Source: Candidatus Eiseniibacteriota bacterium
GTDB taxonomy: Bacteria; Eisenbacteria; RBG-16-71-46; CAIMUX01; VGJL01
Assembly (NCBI GenBank): GCA_041946735.1
Contig: JBHGAY010000004.1
Coordinates: 96,001 to 160,000, forward strand
Direction of reading: 5' to 3'
Length of the DNA: 64,000 nt
The notes beneath the pieces are model-generated. The model did no database searches. It was not told where the DNA came from and worked only from the letters and a program-made list of their open reading frames with translations. Of the stretch, positions 1 to 9,673 are shown in pieces (positions within the stretch are counted from its first letter, which is position 1; every line of letters starts with the position of its first letter). Both the position numbers and the translations under genes were made by a program.

Positions 1-510
1 GGCAACTACGTCTCGAACACGATCTGCGGGACGGACGGGGGAGACAACTTCTCCCTCGATCCGAAGTTCTGCAACATGTACCTGGACAACTACGAGCTGA
101 TCCCCAACTCCCCGTGCGCCCCCGGGCACCATCCGAACGGCCCCTCGGCGTGCGGAGGACAGAGGATCGGCGCGAAGGACGTCGGAAGCTGCAACCTCGC
201 AGATGCCGGAGAGGAGACGTGGACCTCTGGGGCGGCGGCCCGGCTGATAGGCAACATCCCGAATCCCTCGCGCCCGGCCACATCGATCCTCTTCGATCTG
301 CCTCGCGCGGCGAGCGTGCGCCTCGACGTCTTCGACGTGTCCGGGCGCCTCGTCCGCAGGCTCGCGGAGGGTCCTTTCGAGGCCGGTTCGCACGCGGTCG
401 CATGGGACGCGCGCGACGGATCGGGCAACCCCGCGCCAAGCGGCGTGTACTTCTACCGGCTCTTCGTCGAGGGGGCGCAGCAGACGCGGACTCTGGTCCT
501 GGCTCGTTGA
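1..510 (+). CDS. Partial (5'-truncated) secreted protein with C-terminal FlgD Ig-like/T9SS-type sorting domain
   Basis: Frame 1 open from base 1; DPKFC...NSPC motif typical of the end of beta-helix repeat proteins, then NIPNP...VFDVSGRLVRRL...WDARDGSG...SGVYFYRL. Confidence 0.8.
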   Translation, partial: GNYVSNTICGTDGGDNFSLDPKFCNMYLDNYELIPNSPCAPGHHPNGPSACGGQRIGAKDVGSCNLADAGEETWTSGAAARLIGNIPNPSRPATSILFDLPRAASVRLDVFDVSGRLVRRLAEGPFEAGSHAVAWDARDGSGNPAPSGVYFYRLFVEGAQQTRTLVLAR

Positions 511-597
511 GGGCCGCCGGGCGCCTGGCGCCGGGACACCCGCGCTCGAGCGCCGCGCACGAAGGTCCCTCGGTCCGCAGAAGGCCCGAATAGAAAG

Positions 598-630
598 TCC
601 CCCGGCCCCGACGGCCGGGGGATCTTCTCT
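598..630 (+). terminator. Rho-independent terminator-like hairpin
   Basis: TCCCCCGGCC-ccgac-GGCCGGGGGA followed by TCTTCTCT. Confidence 0.6.
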
Positions 631-812
631 TGGTCCGCCAGGGCCGGACCCGTCCGATCCTCATGGCCGCCTGCGCTTTCCCGGTAGGCGTTTCCGCGCA
701 GCGCATGCTACCATCCCCCACGCGACCGAGGCTCGACGACCGTGGCGGAATGTCGTGGTGGTGAGGTTCTCATCATGGCGGTGAGGTTCTCAGGAGGACG
801 AGGGGGGGAGAG

Positions 813-3800
813 ATGCGTGTCGTCCTGATCTTGTCGTGGCTCTTCTGGCTCCTGGCGGGCAGCGGCGTTACTCGAGCGGCAGAAGTGGAGACAGCGGAAC
901 AGGCCGCGCTCGACGCGCGGACCGCGCGAGCGCCCGTCGCCGTTCGTTCCGTTTCCTCGCCCGGATCGACGTTGCTGACGATCCGCGACTCGTCCGATCT
1001 TCCGTTCTCGACGCCTGCCGGCGTGTTCGTCGTGCTGCCCCCCGGCGCGGCCCAGCCTCGCGTCCGGCTGGCCGGCGCGGAAGAAGAAGGGTCGCTCCCT
1101 TCTCTGTCCGTCGGGGAACCGATGATCCTGCGCGGCCTGCGGGTGCTCCCGATCACCGTCCGAGCGGCGGAGTCGAAGAACGGGGACCAGCCCGCCTCCG
1201 CGGCGCGCGAGATCGCCGTCGACGTCCGCTATCAGGAGAGCGGCCTGGAGCCCGCGGCCGCATCGCGCCCCCTTTCGCATGCTCGGGGATTCCTCGACGC
1301 GCTCGGCCCACTCGTCCCCGCCGAGCAGCAAGCCCTTCTCCGGTCCGATCGTGAAGGAAGCTACCTGATCATCACCGCTCCGCAGTACGTCGACGCGCTT
1401 GCGCCTCTCGTCGCCTGGAAGACCGAGAAGGGGTTGCGCGTCACGGTGGCGACAACCGACGAGACAGGAACTCGAAACGACCTGATTCGCGACTACATCG
1501 CCCAGCGCTATCACGACGATCCGATCCCTCCCGAGTACGTGCTCCTCGTCGGCGACGTGGACAAGGTCCCGTCCTGGGACTTCCACCAGAGCGTGTCGGA
1601 CCATCCCTACGCGATGGTCGACGGGGACGACTTCCTGCCCGACCTCTTCGTCGGCCGTCTCTCGGTCGCCGACGCGGCGCAGGCGCAAGTCGTCGTCGAT
1701 AAGATCATCGGCTACGAGCGCGATCCATTCGTCGACGCGGGCAGCGACTGGTTCCGCCACGGCCTCATGGTGGCGGGGAACTCGCCCGCCACGACACCGA
1801 CCAAGGTCTGTAACTGGGTCGCCCAGGAGCTTGGCCAGATCGGCTACAGCCAGGTGGATTCGGTCTATAATCCGCCGTACTACAACGGGGCCGCCCTGAT
1901 TCGGCAGAAGATCGATCGGGGCGTCACGATCGTGACCTATCGCGGCTGGGCGCAGTCGATCTTCGGATGGGAGACTCCTCGCTTCCTCAACGCCGACGTC
2001 TATTCGCTCTCCAACGACCGGATGCTGCCGGTCGTCTTCAGCTTCGTATGCAACAACAACTCCTTCAACGATCCGCAGAGCGAGTGCTTCGGGGAGGCCT
2101 GGCTCCGTGCGGGAGATCGGATCACCGGACTGAAGGGCGCGGTCGCCTTCATCGGCAACAGCGAGCCGTGGTCGCACACCATGCTCAACGACGCGATCTG
2201 CATCGCGACGACGGACGCGATCTGCCGTGACGGCGTGCGGAAGCTCGGCGCCATCCTGAACGCGTCGAAGGTGGGACTCCTCGCCGCGCTGCCCAATCAG
2301 GTCTACTACGCGGACTACGAGGACTGGTCCGTCGAGCAGAACTTCTACATCTACAACCTGCTCGGCGATCCGGAGATGGAGATGCTCGTCTCGCCGCCGG
2401 ACACCGTCCATGTTTCCCACGTCGATCCGATCCCGCTCGGGAGCAACTTCCTGGACGTAACGGTCACCGACGAGGGGGGAGCGCCGGTCGCCGGAGCGCG
2501 GGTGGCGGTCAGCTCCGAGTCGGCGATGCTCGGCTGCGCCTGGACGGACGAAGCGGGCGTCGCTCACGTGCCCGCGACGTTCGCCGCGACCGGAGCGGTT
2601 CGCGTCACTGTCACCGGCTCGGGAGTCTTCCCCTATCGCGGCACGGCGCAGGTGGCGGTTGCGCAGAGCTTCCTCGCCGTCGAGGGATGGACGATCGACG
2701 ACGACGCCAGCGGCCAGAGCGCCGGCAACGGCGACGGCGCTCTGAATCCCGGGGAGACGGTCGAACTGTCGTTGACGATCCGGAACCAGGGATCGGCGAA
2801 TGCCGACGCCGTCACGGCCTCGCTCAACGCGCTTCACGGGGCCGAGGTGGTCACCGGGTCAGCCGACTACGGCGACCTCCCGGCGGGCGCGCAGGGGGAA
2901 CCCGCCACACCGTTCGTCATCCGGATTCCGAAGGACGCTGAGAACGCTTCCGCCGTGCAGCTTCAGCTCGAGGTGACGGCGGGCGGCCAGCGCTCGTCGA
3001 CCGATGCGACGCTGAACGTCGTCGCTCCTTCCCTTATCCACGAGAGCGCCGCGTATGCCGGCGACGGAGTGCTCCTGCCTGGCGAGACGTCGGACCTCGC
3101 CGTCACGGTCCGCAACGACGGAGCGGTCGGGACGGACGGATTCGAGGCGGTGTTGCGGACGCTCGATCCCGCGCTCGTCGCGATCGTCGACTCGACGGTT
3201 TCGTACGGCGCGGCCGCGCCCGGCGCCTCGATCACGGGATCCGAAGCGTTCGTCGTCGAGGCGAGCGATGAAGCGGCGCAAGGCCAGGCGGCTCGTTTCA
3301 CGCTGCGCGTGACGACCGCGGAGGGATTCGAGAGCGAAACGAGCTTCTCGGCCATGGTCGGGACGGCGAACGTGTTCGCGCCGCTTGGACCGGACACGTA
3401 CGGCTACTACGCCTACGACAGCGCCGACACCGACTATCCCGACACCGCCCCGGTGTACGACTGGATCTCCTGCTCGACCGCCTATGGCGGTACCGGCACG
3501 AAGATCATGACCGGCGGGAACGCTACGATGGGCGACAACACCTTGAAGCTCATCGATCTTCCGTTCCCCTTCACGTTCTATCGCGAGGCGCACAATCAGA
3601 TCCTGGTGAGCGACAACGGCTGGGTCTCGTTCGAGACGACTCCCTACTACGACTACTACAACTGGCACATGCCGACGACGTATGGCAACGGGTCGACGAT
3701 CGCGGTCTTCTGGGATAACCTCGATCCGGTCCACACCGTCAACGATCGCATGATCTGCGACGGCGTCTATACATTCTACGATCCCGACCGGCACGCCTTC

Positions 3801-4679
3801 GTGATCGAATGGAGCCGCCTGGCGAACTACGAGCCGGATTACGACGATCTGCAAACGTTCGAGCTCATCCTGTTCGATCCCGCATTCCACCCGACTCCGA
3901 CCGGGGATGGGATGTTCCAGATGCAGTACAAGCAAGTGAAGAACAATGACAACGGACGCGCGTTCTCGACCGTCGGGATCGAGGACCCGACGGAGCAGAT
4001 CGGGCTCGAGTACACGTTCGGAAACCTCTATCCGGCCACGGCCGCGCCGCTCTCGTCCGGGCTCGCGATCCGTTTCACGACGCAGCCGCCTCGTTACAGC
4101 CCGTTCCGCTTCGCTTCGTTCCGGGCGGAGCCGGCGGGGGGGAGCGGCGTCGCGCTCTCATGGGAGCCGATCGACGAACGTCCCCGGGCCGGAACGCGCA
4201 TCTACCGCGCGAGGCCGGGAGGCGATTTCGCTCTCGTGAGCGGCCCCGTCCGGCTCGATCCGGCGACTCGATCGTTCGTCGACGAGGCGGCGGATCCCGA
4301 CTCGACGTACTCCTACAAGGTCGGATCTCTCGACACCTATGGGCGCGAGACGATCGTGGGACCGTTCGAGTACGCGCCGGGCGCGAGCGGCTCCTCGCAT
4401 CTCGCTCTCTCGCTCGTCGCGAAGACGGCCGTGCCGTTCCGCGGCTCGTGCGATTTGACGTATCAGCTGCCGCGCGCCGCGACGGTTCAGCTGCGCGTTC
4501 ACGATCTCTCCGGTCGCGTCGTCCGGACGCTCGTTTCCGAGCGGCACAACGCTGGGAAGTGGGACGTGACATGGGACGGCCGTGACGATGCTGGCCGCGA
4601 CCTTCCGAGCGGAATCTATTACTGCAAGCTGGCCGCGGGCTCCGAGCTGAGGACGATGAAACTGACGCTTCTGCGTTAG
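813..4679 (+). CDS. C25 (gingipain-like) family protein with Ig-like domains and C-terminal FlgD/T9SS-type domain
   Basis: Signal peptide; YLIIT...WKTEKG, YVLLVGD, SDHPY...GDDFLPDLFVGRLS, FVCNN, CFGEAW, YNLLGDP; GNGDG.LNPGET domains; WDGRDDAG...SGIYY tail. Confidence 0.9.
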   Translation: MRVVLILSWLFWLLAGSGVTRAAEVETAEQAALDARTARAPVAVRSVSSPGSTLLTIRDSSDLPFSTPAGVFVVLPPGAAQPRVRLAGAEEEGSLPSLSVGEPMILRGLRVLPITVRAAESKNGDQPASAAREIAVDVRYQESGLEPAAASRPLSHARGFLDALGPLVPAEQQALLRSDREGSYLIITAPQYVDALAPLVAWKTEKGLRVTVATTDETGTRNDLIRDYIAQRYHDDPIPPEYVLLVGDVDKVPSWDFHQSVSDHPYAMVDGDDFLPDLFVGRLSVADAAQAQVVVDKIIGYERDPFVDAGSDWFRHGLMVAGNSPATTPTKVCNWVAQELGQIGYSQVDSVYNPPYYNGAALIRQKIDRGVTIVTYRGWAQSIFGWETPRFLNADVYSLSNDRMLPVVFSFVCNNNSFNDPQSECFGEAWLRAGDRITGLKGAVAFIGNSEPWSHTMLNDAICIATTDAICRDGVRKLGAILNASKVGLLAALPNQVYYADYEDWSVEQNFYIYNLLGDPEMEMLVSPPDTVHVSHVDPIPLGSNFLDVTVTDEGGAPVAGARVAVSSESAMLGCAWTDEAGVAHVPATFAATGAVRVTVTGSGVFPYRGTAQVAVAQSFLAVEGWTIDDDASGQSAGNGDGALNPGETVELSLTIRNQGSANADAVTASLNALHGAEVVTGSADYGDLPAGAQGEPATPFVIRIPKDAENASAVQLQLEVTAGGQRSSTDATLNVVAPSLIHESAAYAGDGVLLPGETSDLAVTVRNDGAVGTDGFEAVLRTLDPALVAIVDSTVSYGAAAPGASITGSEAFVVEASDEAAQGQAARFTLRVTTAEGFESETSFSAMVGTANVFAPLGPDTYGYYAYDSADTDYPDTAPVYDWISCSTAYGGTGTKIMTGGNATMGDNTLKLIDLPFPFTFYREAHNQILVSDNGWVSFETTPYYDYYNWHMPTTYGNGSTIAVFWDNLDPVHTVNDRMICDGVYTFYDPDRHAFVIEWSRLANYEPDYDDLQTFELILFDPAFHPTPTGDGMFQMQYKQVKNNDNGRAFSTVGIEDPTEQIGLEYTFGNLYPATAAPLSSGLAIRFTTQPPRYSPFRFASFRAEPAGGSGVALSWEPIDERPRAGTRIYRARPGGDFALVSGPVRLDPATRSFVDEAADPDSTYSYKVGSLDTYGRETIVGPFEYAPGASGSSHLALSLVAKTAVPFRGSCDLTYQLPRAATVQLRVHDLSGRVVRTLVSERHNAGKWDVTWDGRDDAGRDLPSGIYYCKLAAGSELRTMKLTLLR

Positions 4680-4727
4680 CATTTCAGCGCCGCGCCGCGA
4701 CAGTAGCTCGAGCGGCGCTCGTCAGCC

Positions 4728-4763
4728 GGCCGGTCCCCGTCCGTGGGACCGGCCCTTCTTTTC
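4728..4763 (+). terminator. Rho-independent terminator
   Basis: GGCCGGTCCC-cgtccgt-GGGACCGGCC then CTTCTTTTC. Confidence 0.7.
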
Positions 4764-4835
4764 GTCCTCCCGGGTCCCGACGGCCATGTCCGAAAACGGC
4801 ACGCCGCCCGCGCCCGCCCCTGCTATACCTGAGCC

Positions 4836-6500
4836 ATGGAGATAGATGTCCGGCGCCTCTACCGCGCCGTCGTTGCCCGCGATTCGCGGTTCGACGGTCG
4901 GTTTTTCACGGCAGTCATCACGACGGGAGTCTACTGCCGCCCGATTTGTCCGGCCCCGACGCCGCGCGCGGAGCACGTCCGCTTCTTCCCTTGCGCGGCG
5001 GCCGCGGAAGCGGCCGGCTTTCGCCCGTGCCGGCGTTGCCGGCCCGAGACGGCGCCCGGCACTCCCGCGTGGCTGGGCACGTCGGCGACGGTCGCGCGCG
5101 CCCTGCGTCTGATCGGCGAAGGCGCGCTCGACGAGGGCGGCGTGGAGGACCTTGCCGTTCGCCTCGGGATCGGCTCGCGCCACTTGCGAAGGCTCTTCGA
5201 CGAGCATCTGGGCGCCTCGCCGCTCGACGTCGCTCTCACGCGGCGCCTGCACTTCGCGCGCGCGTTGCTCGACCAGACCGACATGCCGGTGACGGAGATC
5301 GCGTTCGCTTCGGGATTCGGGAGCGTCCGGCGCTTCTATGCCGCGGTCGTCGCCGGCTTCGGCCGTCCTCCCCGTGAGCTGCGGACTGCCGCTCGACCGG
5401 ACGGCCGGCCTGCCGGTGACACCCGGCCTACCGGCGACGCCCGACCTGCCGGCGTCGCCCGGTCGCGGGCCGGCGGCAAGCGCCACGCGGACGGCCGCTC
5501 GTGGCGGCTGAAGGTCGCGTACCGTCCCCCTTACCACTGGGAGACGACGCTCGCATTCCTCGCGGCTCGCGCAGTGCCGGGCATCGAGGAGGTCGAGGAC
5601 GGCGCCTACCGCCGCTCGATCCGAACCGATGGCGGGGACGGGTCTCCGGACGGCGCTCCCGGCGGGACGATCGAGGTTCGAGACGACACGGCCGCGCGCG
5701 CGCTCGCGATCGAGATCCGGGCGGGATCGAGCCGGGAGCTGACGCGTCTGGTCGAGCGTGTTCGCCGTCTCTTCGACCTGGACGCCGATCCGCTCGCCAT
5801 CGCCGCCGTTCTCGGAAGCGACCCGATGCTCGCTCGTTCGGTCGCGGCGCATCCCGGCATGCGATCGATGGGCGCTTGGGATCCGTTCGAGTACGCGATC
5901 CGTGCCATCATCGGACAGCAGGTGTCCATCGCGGCAGCGCGGCGATTGGCCGGACGGCTCGTCGAAACCTACGGCACGCCTCTGGCGTGGTCGCTTGGAA
6001 CGCTCCGCTTCCTCTTTCCCCTGCCGGAAGACCTCGCGCGAGCCCGCCTCGCGTCGATCGGGATACCGCAGTCGCGGGCGGAAGCGATTCGCAAGATCTC
6101 GCGAGCGGTCGCGGAAGGACTGCGTCTCGATGCGAGCGACGGTCCGGAACTGGCTATCCAGCGGATCTCGGCGCTGCCGGGAGTCGGACGGTGGACGGCC
6201 GAGATGATCCTGATCCGAGGAGCGGGAGAGCCGGACGTCCTCCCGATCTCGGACCTCGGAATCCGGCGGGCGTTCCCTCCGGACTGGACTCGCGCAAGGA
6301 TCGAGGAGCGGTCGCGCGCGTGGAGTCCGTGGCGTTCCTATGCGGCGATGCACATCTGGATGGGCGGCGCGGAGCCGCACGCAGCCGCGCGGCCGCACAC
6401 CGCCGCGGAGCCGCACGCGGCCGTCGAGAAGCGGACGCCGGCCCGCCAGCCCCGTGCGGACAAGGCTCGAAGCGGCCATAGCAGGAGGAGGAAGGGATGA
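4836..6500 (+). CDS. alkA: Ada metal-binding/AraC regulator fused to DNA-3-methyladenine glycosylase II (Ada-AlkA)
   Basis: RDSRFDGRFF..V.TTGVYCRPIC...AGFRPCRRCRP zinc domain, AraC HTH (SGFGSVRRF), AlkA N domain, GQQVS, HhH LPGVGRWTA, DLG, WSPWRSYAA. Confidence 0.93.
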   Translation: MEIDVRRLYRAVVARDSRFDGRFFTAVITTGVYCRPICPAPTPRAEHVRFFPCAAAAEAAGFRPCRRCRPETAPGTPAWLGTSATVARALRLIGEGALDEGGVEDLAVRLGIGSRHLRRLFDEHLGASPLDVALTRRLHFARALLDQTDMPVTEIAFASGFGSVRRFYAAVVAGFGRPPRELRTAARPDGRPAGDTRPTGDARPAGVARSRAGGKRHADGRSWRLKVAYRPPYHWETTLAFLAARAVPGIEEVEDGAYRRSIRTDGGDGSPDGAPGGTIEVRDDTAARALAIEIRAGSSRELTRLVERVRRLFDLDADPLAIAAVLGSDPMLARSVAAHPGMRSMGAWDPFEYAIRAIIGQQVSIAAARRLAGRLVETYGTPLAWSLGTLRFLFPLPEDLARARLASIGIPQSRAEAIRKISRAVAEGLRLDASDGPELAIQRISALPGVGRWTAEMILIRGAGEPDVLPISDLGIRRAFPPDWTRARIEERSRAWSPWRSYAAMHIWMGGAEPHAAARPHTAAEPHAAVEKRTPARQPRADKARSGHSRRRKG

Positions 6501-7042
6501 AGATCGACTATCAACGGCTCGAATCGCCCATCGGTCCGCTCGCGCTCTTCGCGCGCGGATCGACGCTGCTCGCCCTCGAATTCCTCGGCGCGGCGGAGCA
6601 TCCGGCGGAATCGGAACCAGCCCGGCGGCTCGCCGCGCGCATCGGTCCCTTCGACCTCGAGCGGAAGGATCGCCTCCCCGGCATCTCCGACGCTCTCGCC
6701 GCCTACTTCGCGGGCGATCCCCGGGCGATCGAATCGATCGCCGTCGACACGGGAGGGACCGTGTTCCAGCAGAAAGTCTGGAAGGAGCTGCGCCGGATCG
6801 ACCCGGCCCGGCCGATTTCCTACGCCGAGCTGGCGCGTCGCGTCGGCTCGCCGAAGGCGGTGCGTGCGGTCGGGGCGGCGAACGGGCGCAACCCCATCGC
6901 GATCGTGGTACCGTGCCACCGCGTGATTGCCTCGGACGGGACGCTGGGCGGCTACGGAGGGGGACTGCCCGCCAAACGCTGGCTCCTCGAACACGAGGCG
7001 GGACGAAACTCGATCCAGGCCGCTCCGGCAAGGACGGCCTGA
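6497..7042 (+). CDS. ogt: Methylated-DNA--[protein]-cysteine S-methyltransferase
   Basis: GT.FQQKVW..L..I, SYAELA, RAVGAANGRNP, PCHRV active site; ATGA overlap with alkA. Confidence 0.95.
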   Translation: MKIDYQRLESPIGPLALFARGSTLLALEFLGAAEHPAESEPARRLAARIGPFDLERKDRLPGISDALAAYFAGDPRAIESIAVDTGGTVFQQKVWKELRRIDPARPISYAELARRVGSPKAVRAVGAANGRNPIAIVVPCHRVIASDGTLGGYGGGLPAKRWLLEHEAGRNSIQAAPARTA

Positions 7043-7101
7043 ACCAAGCCGGGGCGAAGGCGGCGCCCCCTCGCGCGCCCGCCCCGGAGGAGGGGCGGGC
7101 G

Positions 7102-7401
7102 ATGCCTTATCCGATCCACGTCACGGCGGAATATCCGAACGAACAATCCCGGGGACTCTTGATCCTTCGGGTCCTCACGATGGGGCTCTACGTCGCGATC
7201 CCGCACGGCATCATCCTGGGGGTGTACGGGATGGCGGCGTTCTTCGCGACGATCGTCGCCGGCTTTTCGATCCTCTTCACGAAGCGCTATCCGAAGGGGA
7301 TGTTCGACTTCGTCGTGGGCTACCATCGCTGGTATACGCGCGTGCAGGCTTACATGACGCTGCTCACCGACAAGTACCCGCCGTTCCGGGCGGAAGAGTA
7401 G
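7102..7401 (+). CDS. DUF4389-like small membrane protein
   Basis: GGAGG RBS; IPH..L......F.ILFT.RYP.GMFDF..G..RW..RV.AY..LLTDKYPPF pattern. Confidence 0.8.
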   Translation: MPYPIHVTAEYPNEQSRGLLILRVLTMGLYVAIPHGIILGVYGMAAFFATIVAGFSILFTKRYPKGMFDFVVGYHRWYTRVQAYMTLLTDKYPPFRAEE

Positions 7402-7592
7402 CCCGCCCGGCCGCTACCGAACCGCCGGGCGGGCGGCGGCGCACGCGGGCAGGCGGTGGCCGCCATGAGCGGGCTGCGGGCGCCCGCGGTCGGGTCGCGG
7501 TCCGAGAGCAGCGGCCGGCCCAGCCGCGAGCGGAGGCGGACGAAATCGCTTGCGCCGCGAACGCGGCGCGGGTTACACAAGGCGGCGAGAAG

Positions 7593-8321
7593 ATGCCCCG
7601 GAGGAAGGGAATTCCAAGCATCGGCACCTCGGGGTACCAGTACGACCACTGGCGGGGCATCTTCTATCCACCGGAGATCCCCAAGAAAGACTGGTTCGGC
7701 TACTACGCGACGCGCTTCGACACGGTCGAGATCAACAACACCTTCTACAACCTCCCCTCGGCCCAAACCTTCGACGCATGGAGGGAGCGCGCCCCTCGAC
7801 CGTTCTGCTACGCGCTGAAGTTCAGCCGGTACGGCACGCATCTCAAGCGGCTGCGGGAACCGGAAGAGACGATCTCGCTCTTCCTCGAGCGGGCGGAGCG
7901 CCTCGACGGCCTCCTCGGTCCGATCCTGGTGCAGCTGCCGCCGCGATTCGCTCCTGACGCCGGACGTCTCGACGCGTTCCTCGCTGCCGCGCCCAAGCGC
8001 CACCGGTGGGCGGTCGAATTCCGCGATCCGGCCTGGCTCCGCGACGACGTCTACGCGATCCTCCGGCATCATGGGAGCGCGCTCTGCCTGCATGACATGA
8101 TCCCGAACCATCCGCGCATCCGGACGGCCGACTGGTTCTACCTGCGCTTCCACGGCGACCGCTATGCGGGGAGCTATTCGCCGCAGAAGCTCTCGTCGGC
8201 CGCGCGCTGGATCGCCCGGCGTCTGGAGGAGGGATGCGACGTCTACGCCTACTTCAACAACGACGTGCACGGTCACGCCGTCCATAACGCGGCCGACCTG
8301 CGCCGCTACGTGTTGCGGTAG
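7593..8321 (+). CDS. DUF72 (YecE) family protein
   Basis: IGTSGYQY.HW.G.FYP, FDTVEINNTFY, GPILVQLPP, AVEFRD..W, YLRFHG, YAYFNND. Confidence 0.92.
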   Translation: MPRRKGIPSIGTSGYQYDHWRGIFYPPEIPKKDWFGYYATRFDTVEINNTFYNLPSAQTFDAWRERAPRPFCYALKFSRYGTHLKRLREPEETISLFLERAERLDGLLGPILVQLPPRFAPDAGRLDAFLAAAPKRHRWAVEFRDPAWLRDDVYAILRHHGSALCLHDMIPNHPRIRTADWFYLRFHGDRYAGSYSPQKLSSAARWIARRLEEGCDVYAYFNNDVHGHAVHNAADLRRYVLR

Positions 8322-8333
8322 CGGGGATCGGGG

Positions 8334-9584
8334 ATGAGACCTCCGGCCACGTTCGTCGCCCTCCAGCATCGCAACTTCAGGCTTCTCTGGGCGGGTCAGA
8401 TCATCTCGATCACCGGCTCGATGATGCAGAACGCCGCGATTCTGTGGCACGTCGCGCTTCTCGCGCCGCCCGACCGCAAGGGACTCGCCCTCGGTCTCGT
8501 CGGCCTCGTGCGAATCCTGCCGATCCTGCTCTTCTCGGCGGTCGGCGGCGTGATGGCCGACGCGCGCGACCGGCGCCGCCTGCTCCTCGTCACGCAGTCG
8601 TGCCTGACGCTCGTCGCGGCGACCCTCGCCTGGACCGCCTGGACGGGACACGCCCGCCTCTGGACCGTCTACGTCCTCGCCGCTCTCGGATCGGCCGCCG
8701 GAGCGTTCGATGGGCCCGCTCGCCAATCGCTCCTGCCCAATCTCGTTCCTCGGGAGCACCTGCCGAATGCGATCGGATTGATGACGATCCTCTTCCAGGT
8801 CGGGGCGGTCGCCGGCCCCTCCCTCGGCGGGATCGTCATTGCGGCCTCCGGCGTCGCCGCGGCCTACCTCGTCAATGCCGTCTCGTTCCTCGCCGTCATC
8901 CTCGCGCTGCTTTTGATGCGAGGCGTGCCGCGCCGCGCGGAAGGATCGACCGGCGAGGTCACTCTTCACGCCGCGCTCGAAGGGTTCCGCTTCGTCTTCC
9001 GCACGCCGACCATCCGCGGGTCGATGCTCCTCGATTTCTTCGCCACGTTCTTCTCTTCGGCGACCGCGCTCCTGCCGATCTTCGCGCAGGACATCCTCAG
9101 GGTCGGTCCGCTCGCCTACGGATGGCTCTACGCCTCGACCTCCGTCGGGGCGCTCTTCGCCGGCGCGGTGATGGTGCGCGCGGTCGACAGGATCCACAGG
9201 CGGGGACGCGTCCTCTTCGGCGCCGTGTTCGCCTACGGGGTCGCAACGATCGCCTTCGGGCTCTCCCGGCAGTTCTGGCTCACGTTCCTGTGCCTCGCGC
9301 TCGTGGGCGCGAGCGATACCGTGAGCACCGTTCTGCGTAACGTGATCCGCCAGCTCAGCACGCCCGACTCGCTGCGCGGCAGGATGACGAGCGTCAACAT
9401 GATGTTCTTCATGGGAGGGCCGCAGCTGGGAGAGATGGAGGCGGGGCTGATCGCGCAGGGATTCGGCGCCCCCGTCTCGGTGGTCTCGGGCGGCCTCGCA
9501 TGCATCCTTGCGACCGGCTGGCTGGCGGCGAAGACGCCGGAGCTCCGGCGATACGAGCGCGAGGAGACCGAGGCTCGATGCTGA
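8334..9584 (+). CDS. MFS transporter (EntS/DHA3-like)
   Basis: About 12 hydrophobic segments; RNFRLLW.GQ..S, GG..AD..DRRR, LRGRM motifs. Confidence 0.9.
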   Translation: MRPPATFVALQHRNFRLLWAGQIISITGSMMQNAAILWHVALLAPPDRKGLALGLVGLVRILPILLFSAVGGVMADARDRRRLLLVTQSCLTLVAATLAWTAWTGHARLWTVYVLAALGSAAGAFDGPARQSLLPNLVPREHLPNAIGLMTILFQVGAVAGPSLGGIVIAASGVAAAYLVNAVSFLAVILALLLMRGVPRRAEGSTGEVTLHAALEGFRFVFRTPTIRGSMLLDFFATFFSSATALLPIFAQDILRVGPLAYGWLYASTSVGALFAGAVMVRAVDRIHRRGRVLFGAVFAYGVATIAFGLSRQFWLTFLCLALVGASDTVSTVLRNVIRQLSTPDSLRGRMTSVNMMFFMGGPQLGEMEAGLIAQGFGAPVSVVSGGLACILATGWLAAKTPELRRYEREETEARC

Positions 9585-9673
9585 ACCGCCCGCCTCCGGC
9601 GATCGAGCCGGGGCGGGCGGCGGGCGATTCGTGCCCGGCTTCCTCCCTTGCCTACCTACTCCCGCAGGACGTC

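Noticed and set aside
708..2837. Long antisense or alternate-frame ORFs in the track (e.g. 708-2837 -, 4722-7031 -, 7350-10970 -, 18324-20270 +, 53502-57119 +)
   Set aside because: Arg/Pro/Gly-rich shadow frames typical of high-GC DNA, overlapping well-supported genes and lacking family motifs
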